Positions 39,434 through 50,779 are shown, numbered from the stretch's first letter. The stretch: DNA of 64,000 bases from Alphaproteobacteria bacterium (GCA_040223615.1 JAVKFY010000011.1:125169-189168); one strand, 5' to 3'. The notes: generated from the sequence alone by a model not told the origin. Made by a program: numbers and translations.

Positions 39434-40618
39434 TCAGGCGATCTCGAACAGGCCGGCGGCGCCCTGGCCGCCGCCGATGCACATGGTGGCGACGGCGTAC
39501 TTGGCGCCGCGACGCTTACCCTCGATCAGCATGTGGCCGACCATCCGCGCCCCGCTCATGCCATAGGGGTGACCGATGGAGATCGCGCCGCCGTTGACGT
39601 TGAGCTTGTCGGCCGGGATGCCGAGCTGGTCGCGGCTGTACAGGACCTGCACCGCGAAGGCCTCGTTCAGCTCCCACAGGTCGATGTCGTCGACCTTCAG
39701 GCCGGCCCGCTCCAGCAGGCGCGGCACGGCGAAGACCGGGCCGATGCCCATCTCGTCGGGCTCGCAACCAGCCACCGCGAAGCCACGGAAGATGCCGAGC
39801 GGCTGGAGGCCGCGCTGCTCGGCGAGCTTGGCGTCCATCACCACACAGGCCGACGCGCCGTCGGAAAGCTGGCTGGCGTTGCCGGCGGTGATGTGGCCGT
39901 CCGGGCCGGTCACCGGCTCCAGCGCGGCCAGGCCCTCCGCGTTGGTCGACGGGCGGTTGCCCTCGTCCTTGGTCAGCGTGACTTCTTCCTCGGAGACCTC
40001 GCCCGTCTCCTTGTTCTGCACCAGCTTGGTGGTCGGCAGCGGCACGATCTCGTCGTCGAACTTGCCGGCCTGCTGCGCCGCGGCGGTGCGCATCTGGCTC
40101 TGCAGCGCGTACTCGTCCTGGTATTCCCGCGACACGTTGTAGCGGTCGGCGACGCACTGCGCGGTCTGCAGCATGGAGTGGTAGATCGCCGGCTTGTGCT
40201 CCTCGATCCAGGGATCGCGGGCACGGTACTTGTTGGCGTGCTCGTTCTGCACCAGCGACAGGTTGTCGAGCCCGCCGCCGACCATCACCGGCACGCCGTC
40301 GACGATGACGCGCTGCGCCGCCATGGCGATGGTCTGCAGGCCGGACGAGCAGAACCGGTTCACCGTGACGCCCGAGGTGGTCACTGGCATGCCGGCGCGG
40401 ATCGCCGCCTGGCGCGCGATGTTGCCGCCGGTGGCGCCTTCCGGCGCGCCGCAGCCCATGATCACGTCCTCGACTTCGGCCGGGTCGACGCCGGCGCGCT
40501 CGACGGCGTGCTTGATCACATGGCCGCCCATGGTGGCGCCATGGGTGTTGTTGAAGGCGCCGCGATAGGCCTTGCCGATCGGCGTGCGCGCGGTAGAGAC
40601 GATGACGGCTTCACGCAT
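39434..40618 (-). CDS. acetyl-CoA C-acyltransferase (thiolase; possibly beta-ketoadipyl-CoA thiolase)
   Basis: 394 aa from [20 protein letters not shown]; active-site [10 protein letters not shown]-terminal CIGGGQG; GAGGAA RBS. Confidence 0.92.
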   Translation of the reverse strand: MREAVIVSTARTPIGKAYRGAFNNTHGATMGGHVIKHAVERAGVDPAEVEDVIMGCGAPEGATGGNIARQAAIRAGMPVTTSGVTVNRFCSSGLQTIAMAAQRVIVDGVPVMVGGGLDNLSLVQNEHANKYRARDPWIEEHKPAIYHSMLQTAQCVADRYNVSREYQDEYALQSQMRTAAAQQAGKFDDEIVPLPTTKLVQNKETGEVSEEEVTLTKDEGNRPSTNAEGLAALEPVTGPDGHITAGNASQLSDGASACVVMDAKLAEQRGLQPLGIFRGFAVAGCEPDEMGIGPVFAVPRLLERAGLKVDDIDLWELNEAFAVQVLYSRDQLGIPADKLNVNGGAISIGHPYGMSGARMVGHMLIEGKRRGAKYAVATMCIGGGQGAAGLFEIA

Positions 40619-40695
40619 CGTTGCGTTCCTCGACTGCTGTAGTTGCACGCACTATACCGATGCCCACGTGGACTCGCCAGCAGCGCAAAGGGGCC

Positions 40696-42471
40696 ATGGA
40701 CAAACTCGACAAAACCCGTTCGAAAGCCCGAAAATCCGGGACTGTCGAGGCTTGGCGCGCGGTGCTGGCGCTGGCGCCGGAGGATCCGGAGGCGCACTTC
40801 CAGGTAGGCAATGCGGCGCTGGCGGACGGCGACGCGGCGACGGCGGTTGCCCGCTACCGCCGGGCGCGGGCGGTGGCGCCGGATGTCGAGGCGGTGGCGG
40901 CCAACCTGGCGACGGCGCTGGCGGCGCTGGGTCTGGCGGAACAGGACGCGGGCCGGCACCAGGTTGCGGCCGAGACCTTCCGCGAGGCGCTGCCGCTGTC
41001 GGACAGCCCGATCCTGCGCAACAACCTGGCGCTGTCGCTGATCGCGCTTCGCCAGTTCGACGCGGCCATCGACCTGCTGCGCCCGCTGAACGACCTGGCG
41101 GCGCAGCGCAATCTGGCGCAGGCGCTGGAACTGGCCGGCCGCCATGAGCAGGCGCGGCGCACCTGGGAGGCGCTCCAGGCCGCCATGCCGGGCGACGCCG
41201 ACGCGCTGGCGCACCTGTTCCATGCCAGCCTGCAGACCTGCGCCTGGGATGAATTGGATAGCCTCAAGGCGCGGCTCGCGGCGACGATCGACGGCGACCC
41301 CTGCCCGGCGCTGCCGCTGTTCGCGTTGCAGGGCATGGAGCTGACGACGACGCAGGCACGTCGCGCCGCCAAGTCGGCCGCGCCAGCAGCCGAACCACTG
41401 CCGGCGCGTCCTCTGAGCAGTGGTCTGCTCACGGTCGGCTATCTCTCGCCGGACCTGCGTGGCCATAGCGTCGGGCGCAGCCTGGCAGCGGTCTTCGCCG
41501 CGCACGATCGCGCAAAGCTGCATGTCGTCGGCTACGCGGTCGGCGATGCGGCACCCGACGATGTCGGCCTTGACCGGGTGGCCGATCTGCGCCATCGGCC
41601 GGCCGAGGCCATCGCCGAGACCATCGCGGAAGACGGCGTCGACATCCTGGTCGACCTGGCCGGCCCGACACGCGGCGGCGCGCTGGAGGTGCTGGCGCGC
41701 CACCCGGCGCCGCTTTCGGCGCACTATTTCGGCTATGGCGGCAGCCTGGGCGGGCTGGTCGACTACCTGGTCTCCGACGCCACTCATCTGCCCGATCCCG
41801 CCGATGTGGCGGAGGCCGTAGTGCACCTGCCGGGCAGCTTCTTCGTCGCCGCTCAGCCGGCGATCGGCTCGACGACGCGGTCCGAACACGACTTGCCGGA
41901 CGACGCCAAGGTGCTGATGAACCTGAATGCGCCGTACAAGACCCAGCCGGCGATGTTCCGGGCCTGGCTCGATATCCTGGCACGGCGCGACGACGCGGTG
42001 CTGTGGTTGCTGGACGGCGGCAGCCAGGCCAACAACCGGCTGCGCGGCGCGGCTGGCGCGCAGAAGAATCGGCTGGTGTTCGCGCCGGCCGTCGACCACG
42101 CGACACACGCGGCGCGGCAGACCCTGGCGGACGTGGCCCTGGACACCTATCCGCACGGCGGCGGCGTGACCACGTTGGATGCGCTGGCCGCCGGGGTGCC
42201 GGTGGTGACGCTGACCGGCGCGACACCTGCCTCGCGAACGGGTGCGTCGATTCTCCATGCGGCGGGCATGCCTGGGCTGCTGTGCGACAATGTTGGCGAC
42301 TACGTCGCGACCGTGCTGGCCATGCTCGACAGGCGGACACCGCCGGGCGCGCTGTCATTGTTCAATCCGGCGGCAAGGGCTAAGCAACTCAAAACGGCCT
42401 TTGAGAAGATGGCCGATCGGCACCGCGCCGGCCTGCCGCCGGCCAGCTTCACCGTGGAGGACACATCATGA
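40696..42471 (+). CDS. TPR-repeat protein with C-terminal GT41 (O-GlcNAc-transferase/SPINDLY-like) glycosyltransferase domain
   Basis: N-terminal TPR repeats, C-terminal two-lobed GT41-like region (HVVGYAVGD...NLNAPYK...TYPHGGGVTTLDALAAGVPVVTL). Confidence 0.7.
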   Translation: MDKLDKTRSKARKSGTVEAWRAVLALAPEDPEAHFQVGNAALADGDAATAVARYRRARAVAPDVEAVAANLATALAALGLAEQDAGRHQVAAETFREALPLSDSPILRNNLALSLIALRQFDAAIDLLRPLNDLAAQRNLAQALELAGRHEQARRTWEALQAAMPGDADALAHLFHASLQTCAWDELDSLKARLAATIDGDPCPALPLFALQGMELTTTQARRAAKSAAPAAEPLPARPLSSGLLTVGYLSPDLRGHSVGRSLAAVFAAHDRAKLHVVGYAVGDAAPDDVGLDRVADLRHRPAEAIAETIAEDGVDILVDLAGPTRGGALEVLARHPAPLSAHYFGYGGSLGGLVDYLVSDATHLPDPADVAEAVVHLPGSFFVAAQPAIGSTTRSEHDLPDDAKVLMNLNAPYKTQPAMFRAWLDILARRDDAVLWLLDGGSQANNRLRGAAGAQKNRLVFAPAVDHATHAARQTLADVALDTYPHGGGVTTLDALAAGVPVVTLTGATPASRTGASILHAAGMPGLLCDNVGDYVATVLAMLDRRTPPGALSLFNPAARAKQLKTAFEKMADRHRAGLPPASFTVEDTS

Positions 42472-43112
42472 CGCTGACCGACCGCCTCGCCAGGCTCTAC
42501 ACCAGCGCCGTGCACGACGTGATGCATGGGCGGGGCCATTCCAACTGCGTGCTGCCGCCGGGCCTGAACGCGGTGAACCCGGCGCATACCGTCGCCGGCG
42601 AGGTGTTCACCATCGACGGCCACTTCCAGGAGGGTCAGCCGACCAACGAGACCTTGCGCGGCTGGGCCGAGGTGCTGTCGAAGGCGCCGGCCGGCAAGGT
42701 GATCGTGTGCCAGCCGAACACCATGGAAGTGGCGCTGATGGGCGAACTGTCGGCCTCGACCCTGGCGAAGAAGGGCGTGCTCGGCTACATCGCCGACGGC
42801 GGGACGCGCGACGTGCCGCTGCTGGCGGAGATGGACTTCCCGGTATTCTCGCGCTTCGCCACGCCGAAGGACATTGCCGGACGCTGGAAAGCGAAATCGA
42901 TGGGCGAGCCGATCACCATCGGCACGGTCACGATCCACACTGGCGACTACGTGCTGGCCGACCGCGACGGCGTGGTGATCCTGCCGCACGACATCGCGGC
43001 CGAGATCGTCGCCGAGACCGAGGCCAAGGCGGAGACCGAGAACCAGATGCGCGAGGCCCTGCTGGCCGGCATGGATCCGCTCGACGCCTTCGACAAGTTC
43101 GGGACGTTCTAG
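42468..43112 (+). CDS. RraA-family protein (RNase E inhibitor / HMG-CHA aldolase-like)
   Basis: 214 aa; start overlaps previous stop (ATGA). Confidence 0.85.
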   Translation: MTLTDRLARLYTSAVHDVMHGRGHSNCVLPPGLNAVNPAHTVAGEVFTIDGHFQEGQPTNETLRGWAEVLSKAPAGKVIVCQPNTMEVALMGELSASTLAKKGVLGYIADGGTRDVPLLAEMDFPVFSRFATPKDIAGRWKAKSMGEPITIGTVTIHTGDYVLADRDGVVILPHDIAAEIVAETEAKAETENQMREALLAGMDPLDAFDKFGTF

Positions 43113-43117
43113 CGCCC

Positions 43118-43933
43118 GTGCCCCGCGACGCCGACATCCCCGTCCCGCCCTACCGCGAGCCCGGCCTGATCAACTGGGTCGGGTTCTGGACGCTGTACGC
43201 CAAGGAGGTGCATCGCTTCTTCAAGGTCGGGTGGCAGTCGATCGTGGCGCCGGTGGTCACCACGCTGCTGTTCCTGACCATCTTCACCGTCGCGTTCGGC
43301 GACCGGGAACCGCACCTGCCGGCCGACATCTCGTTCGCCGCGTTCCTGGCGCCGGGGTTGATCATGATGGCGATCATCCAGAACAGCTTCGCCAACACGT
43401 CGTCCTCGCTGCTGATTTCCAAGGTGCAGGGCAACATCGTCGATGTGCTGCTGCCGCCGCTGCATCCGATGGAGATCATGGCCGGCTATGTGCTGGCGGC
43501 GGTGACGCGGGGCCTGCTGGTGGCCTGCGCCGTCGGGCTCGGCATGGCGACCTTTTCCGAAGTCGCGATACTGCACTGGTGGCCGATCCTGTTCTTCGCC
43601 CCTGCCTCGGCCCTGCTGATGGCGCAACTCGGCCTGCTGGCGGGGATGTGGGCGACCAAGTTCGACCACATGTCGGCGGTCACCAATTTCATCATCACGC
43701 CGCTTGCGTTTCTGTCCGGGACGTTCTATTCCGTCGACCGCCTGCCGCAGTGGTTGCGGGGGGTCAGCCAGGGCAACCCGTTTTTCTACATGATCGACGG
43801 ATTCAGATACGGGATGATCGACCACGCCGACGGATCGGTGGTGGCCGGCGCGTGCCTGATCGCTGCCTTGAACGTCGCGCTCGGGGCGGCGTGCTATGGC
43901 TTGCTGCGACGTGGGTGGAACCTGAAGTTCTAA
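43118..43933 (+). CDS. ABC-2 type transporter permease (no ATPase gene adjacent)
   Basis: 6-TM ABC-2 permease sequence (WTLYAKEVHRFFKVGWQSIVAPVV...); GTG start 6 nt after RraA stop. Confidence 0.75.
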   Translation: MPRDADIPVPPYREPGLINWVGFWTLYAKEVHRFFKVGWQSIVAPVVTTLLFLTIFTVAFGDREPHLPADISFAAFLAPGLIMMAIIQNSFANTSSSLLISKVQGNIVDVLLPPLHPMEIMAGYVLAAVTRGLLVACAVGLGMATFSEVAILHWWPILFFAPASALLMAQLGLLAGMWATKFDHMSAVTNFIITPLAFLSGTFYSVDRLPQWLRGVSQGNPFFYMIDGFRYGMIDHADGSVVAGACLIAALNVALGAACYGLLRRGWNLKF

Positions 43934-43978
43934 CTGGCGCCGCCCGCCTTCTCTCCTGAGCAAACTGGACTTAAACTC

Positions 43979-44010
43979 AACCGGGCGTCGCGCTAGCGAC
44001 GCCTTTTGCA
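43979..44010 (+). terminator. intrinsic terminator
   Basis: GGCGTCGC-GCTA-GCGACGCC hairpin followed by TTTTGCATTT. Confidence 0.5.
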
Positions 44011-44026
44011 TTTATGGGATGGACCC

Positions 44027-45202
44027 ATGTCGATAACTGCCGTGATGCCGACCTATGCCAGAACCGATGTCGCCTTCGAGAAGGGTGAGGGTAGCTACCT
44101 GACGGACAGCACCGGTCGACGCTACCTCGACTTCGGCACCGGTATCGCCACGGCGGGCATCGGCCATTGCCACCCGCACCTGGCCGAAGCCATCGCCAAG
44201 CAGGCGGCGACGCTGATGCACTGCTCGAACCTGTACAACATCCCGGGCCAGCAGAAGATGGCCGACCGGCTGGTCGCCGCGACCTTCGCCGACTCGGTGT
44301 TCTTCGGCAACTCCGGCGCCGAGGCCAACGAGTGCGCGATCAAGATGGCGCGCCGCTACCAGCACGTCAGCGGCCATCCGGAGCGCTACCGCGTCATCAC
44401 CTTCGAGAACTGCTTCCACGGCCGCACGCTGGCGACCATCGCGGCGACCGGCGCGGAAAAGGTGCTGCAGGGCTTCGGGCCCAAAGTCGACGGCTTCGAT
44501 CATGTCCCCTTCGGCGACCTGAAGGCGACCGAGGGTGCGATCTCCAACGAGACCGCGGCGATCATGGTCGAGGCGGTGCAGGGCGAAGGCGGCTTCTTCG
44601 TCGCGCCGGACGGCTTCCTGGAGGGGCTGCGCAAGCTTTGCGACAAGCACGGCCTGCTGCTGATCGCCGACGAGATCCAGACCGGCATGGGCCGCACCGG
44701 GACGTTCCTGGCGTTCGAGCAGTTCGGCGTGAAGCCGGACATCGCCACGCTCGGCAAGTCGATCGGCGGCGGCTTCCCGACCGCCGCGTGCATCGCCACC
44801 GCGGAAGCGGCCAAGGGCATGACCGCCGGCACCCATGGCTCGACCTATGGCGGCAACCCGCTGGCCATGGCGGCGGCGAACGCGACCATGGACGTGGTGC
44901 TGGAGGCCGGCTTCATGGACCACGTGCAGGCGATGTCCAAGCGGCTGCGCGCCGGCGTGGAGGCGATCCGCGACCGCAACGACTCGCTGATCGAACTGGT
45001 GCGCGGCAAGGGGCTGATGATCGGGCTGAAAACCCGCGTGCCGAACGGTGAGATCGTCAACAAGCTGCGCGACGCCGGCATGCTGACGGTGCCGGCCGGC
45101 GACAACGTGGTCCGGCTGCTGCCGCCGATGACGGTGTCCGAGGCGGAGATCGACGAGGCGCTGGCGATCATCGAGAAGATCTGCGTCGAGGATGGATCGT
45201 GA
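44027..45202 (+). CDS. argD: acetylornithine aminotransferase
   Basis: Class III aminotransferase; PLP-lysine region [17 protein letters not shown]...[10 protein letters not shown]. Confidence 0.9.
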   Translation: MSITAVMPTYARTDVAFEKGEGSYLTDSTGRRYLDFGTGIATAGIGHCHPHLAEAIAKQAATLMHCSNLYNIPGQQKMADRLVAATFADSVFFGNSGAEANECAIKMARRYQHVSGHPERYRVITFENCFHGRTLATIAATGAEKVLQGFGPKVDGFDHVPFGDLKATEGAISNETAAIMVEAVQGEGGFFVAPDGFLEGLRKLCDKHGLLLIADEIQTGMGRTGTFLAFEQFGVKPDIATLGKSIGGGFPTAACIATAEAAKGMTAGTHGSTYGGNPLAMAAANATMDVVLEAGFMDHVQAMSKRLRAGVEAIRDRNDSLIELVRGKGLMIGLKTRVPNGEIVNKLRDAGMLTVPAGDNVVRLLPPMTVSEAEIDEALAIIEKICVEDGS

Positions 45203-46125
45203 CCGGGCCACGGCATTTCGTCGATATCGACACGATGTCGCGCGAGGAATTGCGCGGCATCCTCGATATCGCCGGCAAGCTGAAGGCTGACCGTCCGACC
45301 CGGGGCATGGCGACGGCGCACAACGACGCGCCGCTCGCCGGCAAGATGCTGGCGATGATCTTCGAGAAGCCGTCGACCCGCACGCGCGTCTCGTTCGACG
45401 TGGCGATGCGCCAGCTCGGCGGCCAGACCATCGTGCTGGAGGGCGTCTCGATGCAGCTCGGCCGCGGCGAGAGCCCGGCCGACACCGCGCGCGTGCTGTC
45501 GCGCTATGTCGACGCGATCATGGTGCGCACGCGCGGCCACGACCTGATCGAAGAGATGATGCAATTCGCCACGGTGCCGGTGATCAACGGGCTGACCGAC
45601 AACAACCACCCGTGCCAGCTGATGGCCGACGTGATGACCTTCGAGGAACATCGCGGCGCCATCGACGGCCATACCGTGGGCTGGGTCGGCGACGGCAACA
45701 ACATGGCGCGCAGCTGGATCGACGGCGCCGCGCGCTTCGGCTACCGCCTGCGCCTGGCCTGCCCGGAACCGCTGGCGCCGCCGCCGGACGCGGTCGAGCA
45801 GGCCCGCGCCGAGGGCGCCGACGTGATCGTCACCACCGATCCCGAGGCCGGCGTCGCCGACAGCGACCTGGTGGTCACCGACACCTGGGTGTCGATGCAT
45901 GACGACGCCGGCTCCGACCGCCATAACCTGCTGGCCGGTTATCAGGTCAACGAGCGCCTGATGTCGCACGCGGCGAAGGACGCGATCTTCATGCACTGCC
46001 TGCCGGCGCATCGCGGCGAGGAGGTCTCGGCTGAGGTGATCGACGGGCCGCAATCGGTGGTCTGGGACCAGGCCGAAAACCGCCTGCACGCGCAGAAGGG
46101 CATCCTGACCTGGTGTCTGACCTGA
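45199..46125 (+). CDS. argF: ornithine carbamoyltransferase
   Basis: STRTR carbamoyl-phosphate motif, HPCQ, HCLP. Confidence 0.93.
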   Translation: MTGPRHFVDIDTMSREELRGILDIAGKLKADRPTRGMATAHNDAPLAGKMLAMIFEKPSTRTRVSFDVAMRQLGGQTIVLEGVSMQLGRGESPADTARVLSRYVDAIMVRTRGHDLIEEMMQFATVPVINGLTDNNHPCQLMADVMTFEEHRGAIDGHTVGWVGDGNNMARSWIDGAARFGYRLRLACPEPLAPPPDAVEQARAEGADVIVTTDPEAGVADSDLVVTDTWVSMHDDAGSDRHNLLAGYQVNERLMSHAAKDAIFMHCLPAHRGEEVSAEVIDGPQSVVWDQAENRLHAQKGILTWCLT

Positions 46126-47060
46126 GCTCCGCGACCGCTTCTCAAGACGACCTGGTCCGCCCGTTCCAGCTCGAGTCGGGACCGATCCGCGGCCGGCTGG
46201 TGCGGCTCGGCACCACCGCCGACGAGGTGCTGACCCGGCACGGCTATCCGGTCGCGGTGGCAACGCTGCTGGGCGAGGCGCTGGCGCTTACCGCCGCGCT
46301 GTCCTCGGCGTTGAAGTTCGACGGCATCTTCACCCTGCAGGCCAAGGGCGACGGGCCTTGCCGGATGCTGGTCGCCGACCTGGCCACGCCCGGCCGGATG
46401 CGCGGCTACGCCCAGTTCGACCGCGATGCCGCGGCGCCCGACGACGCCATCGAGGACGGTCGCGCCTCGGTGCCCCGCCTGCTCGGCGCCGGCCACCTGG
46501 CGTTCACCGTCGACCAGGGTATCAACGACCGCTACCAGGGCATCGTGTCGCTGGAGGGCCACAGCCTGGCCGATTGCGCGCACCACTATTTCCAGGAATC
46601 GGAGCAGATCCCGGCGGCGCTGCACGTCGTCGCCGGCCAGGCCGGACCCAGCGGCGCCTGGCGCGCCGGTGCGCTGCTGCTGCAACGGCTGCCGGAGGGT
46701 GATCCCGCCCTGCTGGCCCGCGGCGCCGAGTTCGACCGCGAGGACACCGAGGAGGCCTGGCACCGCGCCGTCACCTTCCTGGCCACGGCGAAGCGCGAGG
46801 AGTTGCTCGACCCCGGCCTGGACGGCGACGACCTGCTGTTCCGGCTGTTCCACGAGGAGGGCGTTCGGGTGTTCGATCCGACGCCGGTGGGCTTCGGCTG
46901 TCGTTGCACGCCGGAGCGCGCGGTCGCCGTGCTGCGCCAGCTCGACGACGAGGAACTGGCCGGCCTGGCCGACGACGGCAGAATCGAGGTGCGTTGCGAG
47001 TTCTGCAACACCCCTTATCTCTATGACCTGGAAGAGTTGCGGCCGACGGGGAGGCCATGA
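46113..47060 (+). CDS. hslO: Hsp33 redox-regulated chaperone
   Basis: C-terminal CRC...CEFC zinc centre; conserved argD-argF-hslO order of alphaproteobacteria. Confidence 0.9.
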   Translation: MSDLSSATASQDDLVRPFQLESGPIRGRLVRLGTTADEVLTRHGYPVAVATLLGEALALTAALSSALKFDGIFTLQAKGDGPCRMLVADLATPGRMRGYAQFDRDAAAPDDAIEDGRASVPRLLGAGHLAFTVDQGINDRYQGIVSLEGHSLADCAHHYFQESEQIPAALHVVAGQAGPSGAWRAGALLLQRLPEGDPALLARGAEFDREDTEEAWHRAVTFLATAKREELLDPGLDGDDLLFRLFHEEGVRVFDPTPVGFGCRCTPERAVAVLRQLDDEELAGLADDGRIEVRCEFCNTPYLYDLEELRPTGRP

Positions 47061-47638
47061 TGCGCGCCGTTTGGATCTCGCTGCTGCTGGTCGTGGGGTT
47101 GGCGGCTTGCCAGTCCTCGCCGCCGCCGGCGACCTATCCGCAGATCACCTACCTGAACAAGCAGCCGATCGCGCTCGACGTCGCGCGCATCGACGTGGTC
47201 GTCGCCTACCAGCCGCCACTGAAAGCGCCGAACGTGGAGCACCGCCTGCCGGTGTCGCTTTCCGATACCATCGCGCGCTGGGCCACCGACCGGCTCCGCG
47301 CCGTCGGCAGCAGCGGCACCGCGACCTTCACCGTCCTCGACGCCTCGGTGATCGAACAGGAACTGGAAACCCGCAAGGGCCTGACCGGCCTCATCAACAC
47401 CGACCAGGCCGCGCGCCTGAAGGGCCGGGTCGCGGCGCGGCTGGAGATCGACCAGGGCGGCGGCCTGGCCACCGGCTTCGCCGAAGCCAACGCCAGCCGC
47501 ATCCAAACCATCGCGGAAGGCATCACCCTGGCCGAGCGCGACGATGTGTTCTACCGGTTCGAGGAGGCCATGGCGAAAGACCTCGACCGCGAACTGGAAG
47601 CGGTGGTGCGCGAAAAGCTCGGCGCGTTCGTGCGCTAG
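47057..47638 (+). CDS. hypothetical lipoprotein
   Basis: Signal peptide with lipobox LAAC; start overlaps hslO stop. Confidence 0.55.
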   Translation: MMRAVWISLLLVVGLAACQSSPPPATYPQITYLNKQPIALDVARIDVVVAYQPPLKAPNVEHRLPVSLSDTIARWATDRLRAVGSSGTATFTVLDASVIEQELETRKGLTGLINTDQAARLKGRVAARLEIDQGGGLATGFAEANASRIQTIAEGITLAERDDVFYRFEEAMAKDLDRELEAVVREKLGAFVR

Positions 47639-47688
47639 CCCCCTACACGCGTCGTGCCGGGCTGGACCCGGATGACGATACCAGCGGC

Positions 47689-48852
47689 CTACTTCCCCTC
47701 CAGGTGATCCAGCACGCGGCCGATGAGCTGGCTGCACTCGGCGATCTGGCTTTCCTCGACGAATTCGTCGGGCTTGTGCGCCTGCTCGATGTTGCCGGGG
47801 CCGCAGACCACGGCGGGCACGCCGACGCCCTGGAACAGACCGGCCTCGGTGCCGTAGCTCACCGCATAGGTCTGGTTCGAATTGGCCAGCGCCAGCATCA
47901 AGGACTCCCACGAGCCGCCCTCGTCAGGCAGCAGGCCAGGCACCTCGGCACGGATCTCGTGCGTGATGTCGGCTTGCGGGTGGACCTTGCGCATGCGCGG
48001 CACCACCTCGTCGGCGCAGTAGGTCTTGAACCGCTCGAACACGTCGCGCGGGTTCATCTGCGGCACGGCGCGGCATTCCCAGGTGAAGCGCGATTGCTTG
48101 GGGATGATGTTGGGCGCGGTGCCGCCCTTGATCAGGCCGACGTTGATGGTCGAATAGGGCGGATCGAAACGTTCGTTCTGGAACGCCGGCGCCTTGTATT
48201 CCTCGGCCATGCGGGCGAGCTCGGCGATCAGCTCCGCGGCATACATGATCGCGTTAACGCCCTGGTGGGTCTTGGAGGAGTGCCCTTCCAGGCCATGCAC
48301 CGTGGTGTGCACGCCGATCGAGCCCTTGTGCGCGTTGACCACCGAGAGGTCAGTCGGCTCGCCGACGATCACCGCGCGCGGCCGCACCGGCAAACCCTCG
48401 ACATGTTCGACCAGCCCGCGCGCGCCGAGGCAGCCGACCTCCTCGTCGTAGGACAGCGCAAAGTGGATCGGCCGGTTGAGCTGGCGCTTGTTCATCTCCG
48501 GCACGGCGGCGAGCGCGCAGGCGATGAAGCCCTTCATGTCGGCGGTGCCGCGGCCGAACAGCTTGCCGTTGGCCTTGCGCACCTCGAACGGATTGGACGA
48601 CCAGTCCTGACCGTCGACCGGCACCACGTCGGTATGGCCGGAGAGCACGATGCCGCCATCCGCCACCGGGCCGACCGTGGCCCACAGGTTGGCCTTGTTG
48701 CCGGTCTCGTCGTGGATCAGGTCGCTGGCGACGCCATGGTCGGCCAGGTAGTCGCGCACGAAGTGGATCAGTTCGAGGTTGCTCTCGCGGCTGGTGGTGT
48801 CAAACGCCACCAGACGGTCGAGCATCTCGACGGGGGAATAGACCGCAGCCAT
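47689..48852 (-). CDS. argE: acetylornithine deacetylase (M20 peptidase family)
   Basis: 387 aa from MAAVYSPVEM; GGAGCA RBS; M20 metal-binding H/D/E pattern; rest of 814-aa track ORF is artefact. Confidence 0.85.
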   Translation of the reverse strand: MAAVYSPVEMLDRLVAFDTTSRESNLELIHFVRDYLADHGVASDLIHDETGNKANLWATVGPVADGGIVLSGHTDVVPVDGQDWSSNPFEVRKANGKLFGRGTADMKGFIACALAAVPEMNKRQLNRPIHFALSYDEEVGCLGARGLVEHVEGLPVRPRAVIVGEPTDLSVVNAHKGSIGVHTTVHGLEGHSSKTHQGVNAIMYAAELIAELARMAEEYKAPAFQNERFDPPYSTINVGLIKGGTAPNIIPKQSRFTWECRAVPQMNPRDVFERFKTYCADEVVPRMRKVHPQADITHEIRAEVPGLLPDEGGSWESLMLALANSNQTYAVSYGTEAGLFQGVGVPAVVCGPGNIEQAHKPDEFVEESQIAECSQLIGRVLDHLEGK

Positions 48853-48917
48853 GCAGGTTGCTCCGAAGAATTGCCAGACGCCGAGCCTATCGGCGGGCCG
48901 CCGTCCGGTCCAGCCGC

Positions 48918-50360
48918 TCAGGCGCGCCAGAAGCCCGGCGTGAACATCACCAGCACGGTGAACAGTTCCAGCCGGCCGAGCAGCATGCCGGCCGACAGCA
49001 GCCACTTGGCCGGATCCGGCAGGGCGGCGAAGTTGCCGGCGGGACCGATGATCTCGCCCAAGCCCGGTCCGACATTGGCCAGCGCCGAGGCGGCGCCGGA
49101 CAGCGCCGTGATCAGGTCCAGCCCGACGAAGGTCAGCGCCAGGGCGAGCAGCGCGTAGGACAGCACGAACAGGAAGAAGAAACTCATCACCGAGTCGGCG
49201 ACCGATTCCGGCACCGGATGGCGGTTGAACATCGGCACGAACACGCCGTGCGGTTGCAGCAGGCGGCGCATCTGGGTCATGCCGGTGGCATAGAGGATCT
49301 GGAAGCGGAATACCTTGATGCCGCAACTGGTCGAGCCGGCGCAGCCGCCGATCAGCATGACGAAGAAGAACAACGTCACCGGGAAGGCACCCCACAGGCC
49401 GTAGTCGATGGTGGCGTAGCCGGTGCCGGTGACGATCGAGACGACGTTGAAGCTGGCGTAGCGCAGCGCCGCGCCCGGCGCCATCGCGTCGGTGACCACC
49501 AGCCACACCGACATGGTGGCGATCACCGTGGCCAGGATGCCGAAGAACCAGCGCACCTGGGTGTCGGCGAACAGCGACAGCGGCTCGCCGCGCACGGCCC
49601 GGAAGTAGAGCAGGAAGGGCAGGCTGCCGACGATCATGAACACCGTGGCGATGGCGTCGATCAGCGGCGAGTCGAAGAATCCGATCGAGGCGTCGTAGGT
49701 GGAAAAGCCGCCGGTGGCGATGGTGGTCATGGCATGTGCCACTGCCTCGAACAGCGGCATCCCGGCCAGCCGGTAGGCAAGCGCGCACAAGGTCGACAGC
49801 GCCAGATAGATCACCGCGATGACGAGCGAGATCTGCGCCGCGCGCGGCAGCGCCTTCTCCCGCTCCGAGCTCTCCATGCGGAACAACTGCATGCCGCCGA
49901 TCCGCAGCATCGGCAGCACCGCGACCGCGGTGACGATGATACCGATGCCGCCCAGCCACTGCAGCAGCGCGCGCCACATCAGGATGCCGGGCGGCGCCAC
50001 GTCGAGGCCGCTGATCACCGTCGAGCCGGTGGTGGTCAGCCCCGACATCGCCTCGAAGAAACTGTCGGTGTAGCTCATCTCTAGTTCGCAGAAGGCGAAA
50101 GGCAACGCCGCGAAGGCCGGCAGCACGACCCATAGCGCAGTGGTCAGCACGAAGGCCTGCTGCAGGCTAAGTTCGCGGCCGCCGCGGTTGGCCAGCGCCA
50201 GGGCGGCGCCGACGAAGCTGGTCAGGAACCCAGCCACGAGGAAGACCTGCCAGTCCGGGTTGGCGACCGCCAGGTCGATGGCGGCGGGGATCGCCATCAA
50301 CAGGCCGACCAGGGTCAGCATGACGCCGACCACGAGCAGGATCGGTCGGTTGTCGCGCAT
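48918..50360 (-). CDS. trkH: TrkH-family potassium uptake protein
   Basis: 480 aa polytopic; repeated selectivity-filter-like GTTGS/GTGYA motifs. Confidence 0.9.
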   Translation of the reverse strand: MRDNRPILLVVGVMLTLVGLLMAIPAAIDLAVANPDWQVFLVAGFLTSFVGAALALANRGGRELSLQQAFVLTTALWVVLPAFAALPFAFCELEMSYTDSFFEAMSGLTTTGSTVISGLDVAPPGILMWRALLQWLGGIGIIVTAVAVLPMLRIGGMQLFRMESSEREKALPRAAQISLVIAVIYLALSTLCALAYRLAGMPLFEAVAHAMTTIATGGFSTYDASIGFFDSPLIDAIATVFMIVGSLPFLLYFRAVRGEPLSLFADTQVRWFFGILATVIATMSVWLVVTDAMAPGAALRYASFNVVSIVTGTGYATIDYGLWGAFPVTLFFFVMLIGGCAGSTSCGIKVFRFQILYATGMTQMRRLLQPHGVFVPMFNRHPVPESVADSVMSFFFLFVLSYALLALALTFVGLDLITALSGAASALANVGPGLGEIIGPAGNFAALPDPAKWLLSAGMLLGRLELFTVLVMFTPGFWRA

Positions 50361-50386
50361 GGTTCAGGCCAGGCGGGCGAGCCGGC

Positions 50387-50779
50387 TCAGTTCAACCGCC
50401 GCGGCTGGTCCGGGATATCCAGCGAGAAGGCCGGGATGTCGACTTCGAAGCGCTCGCCGCCCGGCCCTTCCATCTCGTAGGTACCGACCATGATGCCAGA
50501 AGGCGTGTTGAGCGGGCTGCCGCTGGTGTACTCGAAGTGCTCGCCGGGTTGCAGCACCGGCTGCTTGCCGACGACGCCGGGACCGCGCACCTCCTGCACC
50601 TGGCCGCGCCCGTCGGTGATGTGCCAGTAGCGGTTCAACAGTTGCACCGTCTCGCCGCCCTGGTTCTCGATGCGCACGTGATAGGCCCACACGAAATAGT
50701 TCTCGTCCGGGTCGGACTGCTCGTCCAGATAGGACGGTTCGACCTGGACGCGGATCGCGCGGGTGGTCTTGGCGTACAT
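50387..50779 (-). CDS. apaG: ApaG protein (DUF525)
   Basis: 130 aa; [29 protein letters not shown]. Confidence 0.88.
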   Translation of the reverse strand: MYAKTTRAIRVQVEPSYLDEQSDPDENYFVWAYHVRIENQGGETVQLLNRYWHITDGRGQVQEVRGPGVVGKQPVLQPGEHFEYTSGSPLNTPSGIMVGTYEMEGPGGERFEVDIPAFSLDIPDQPRRLN

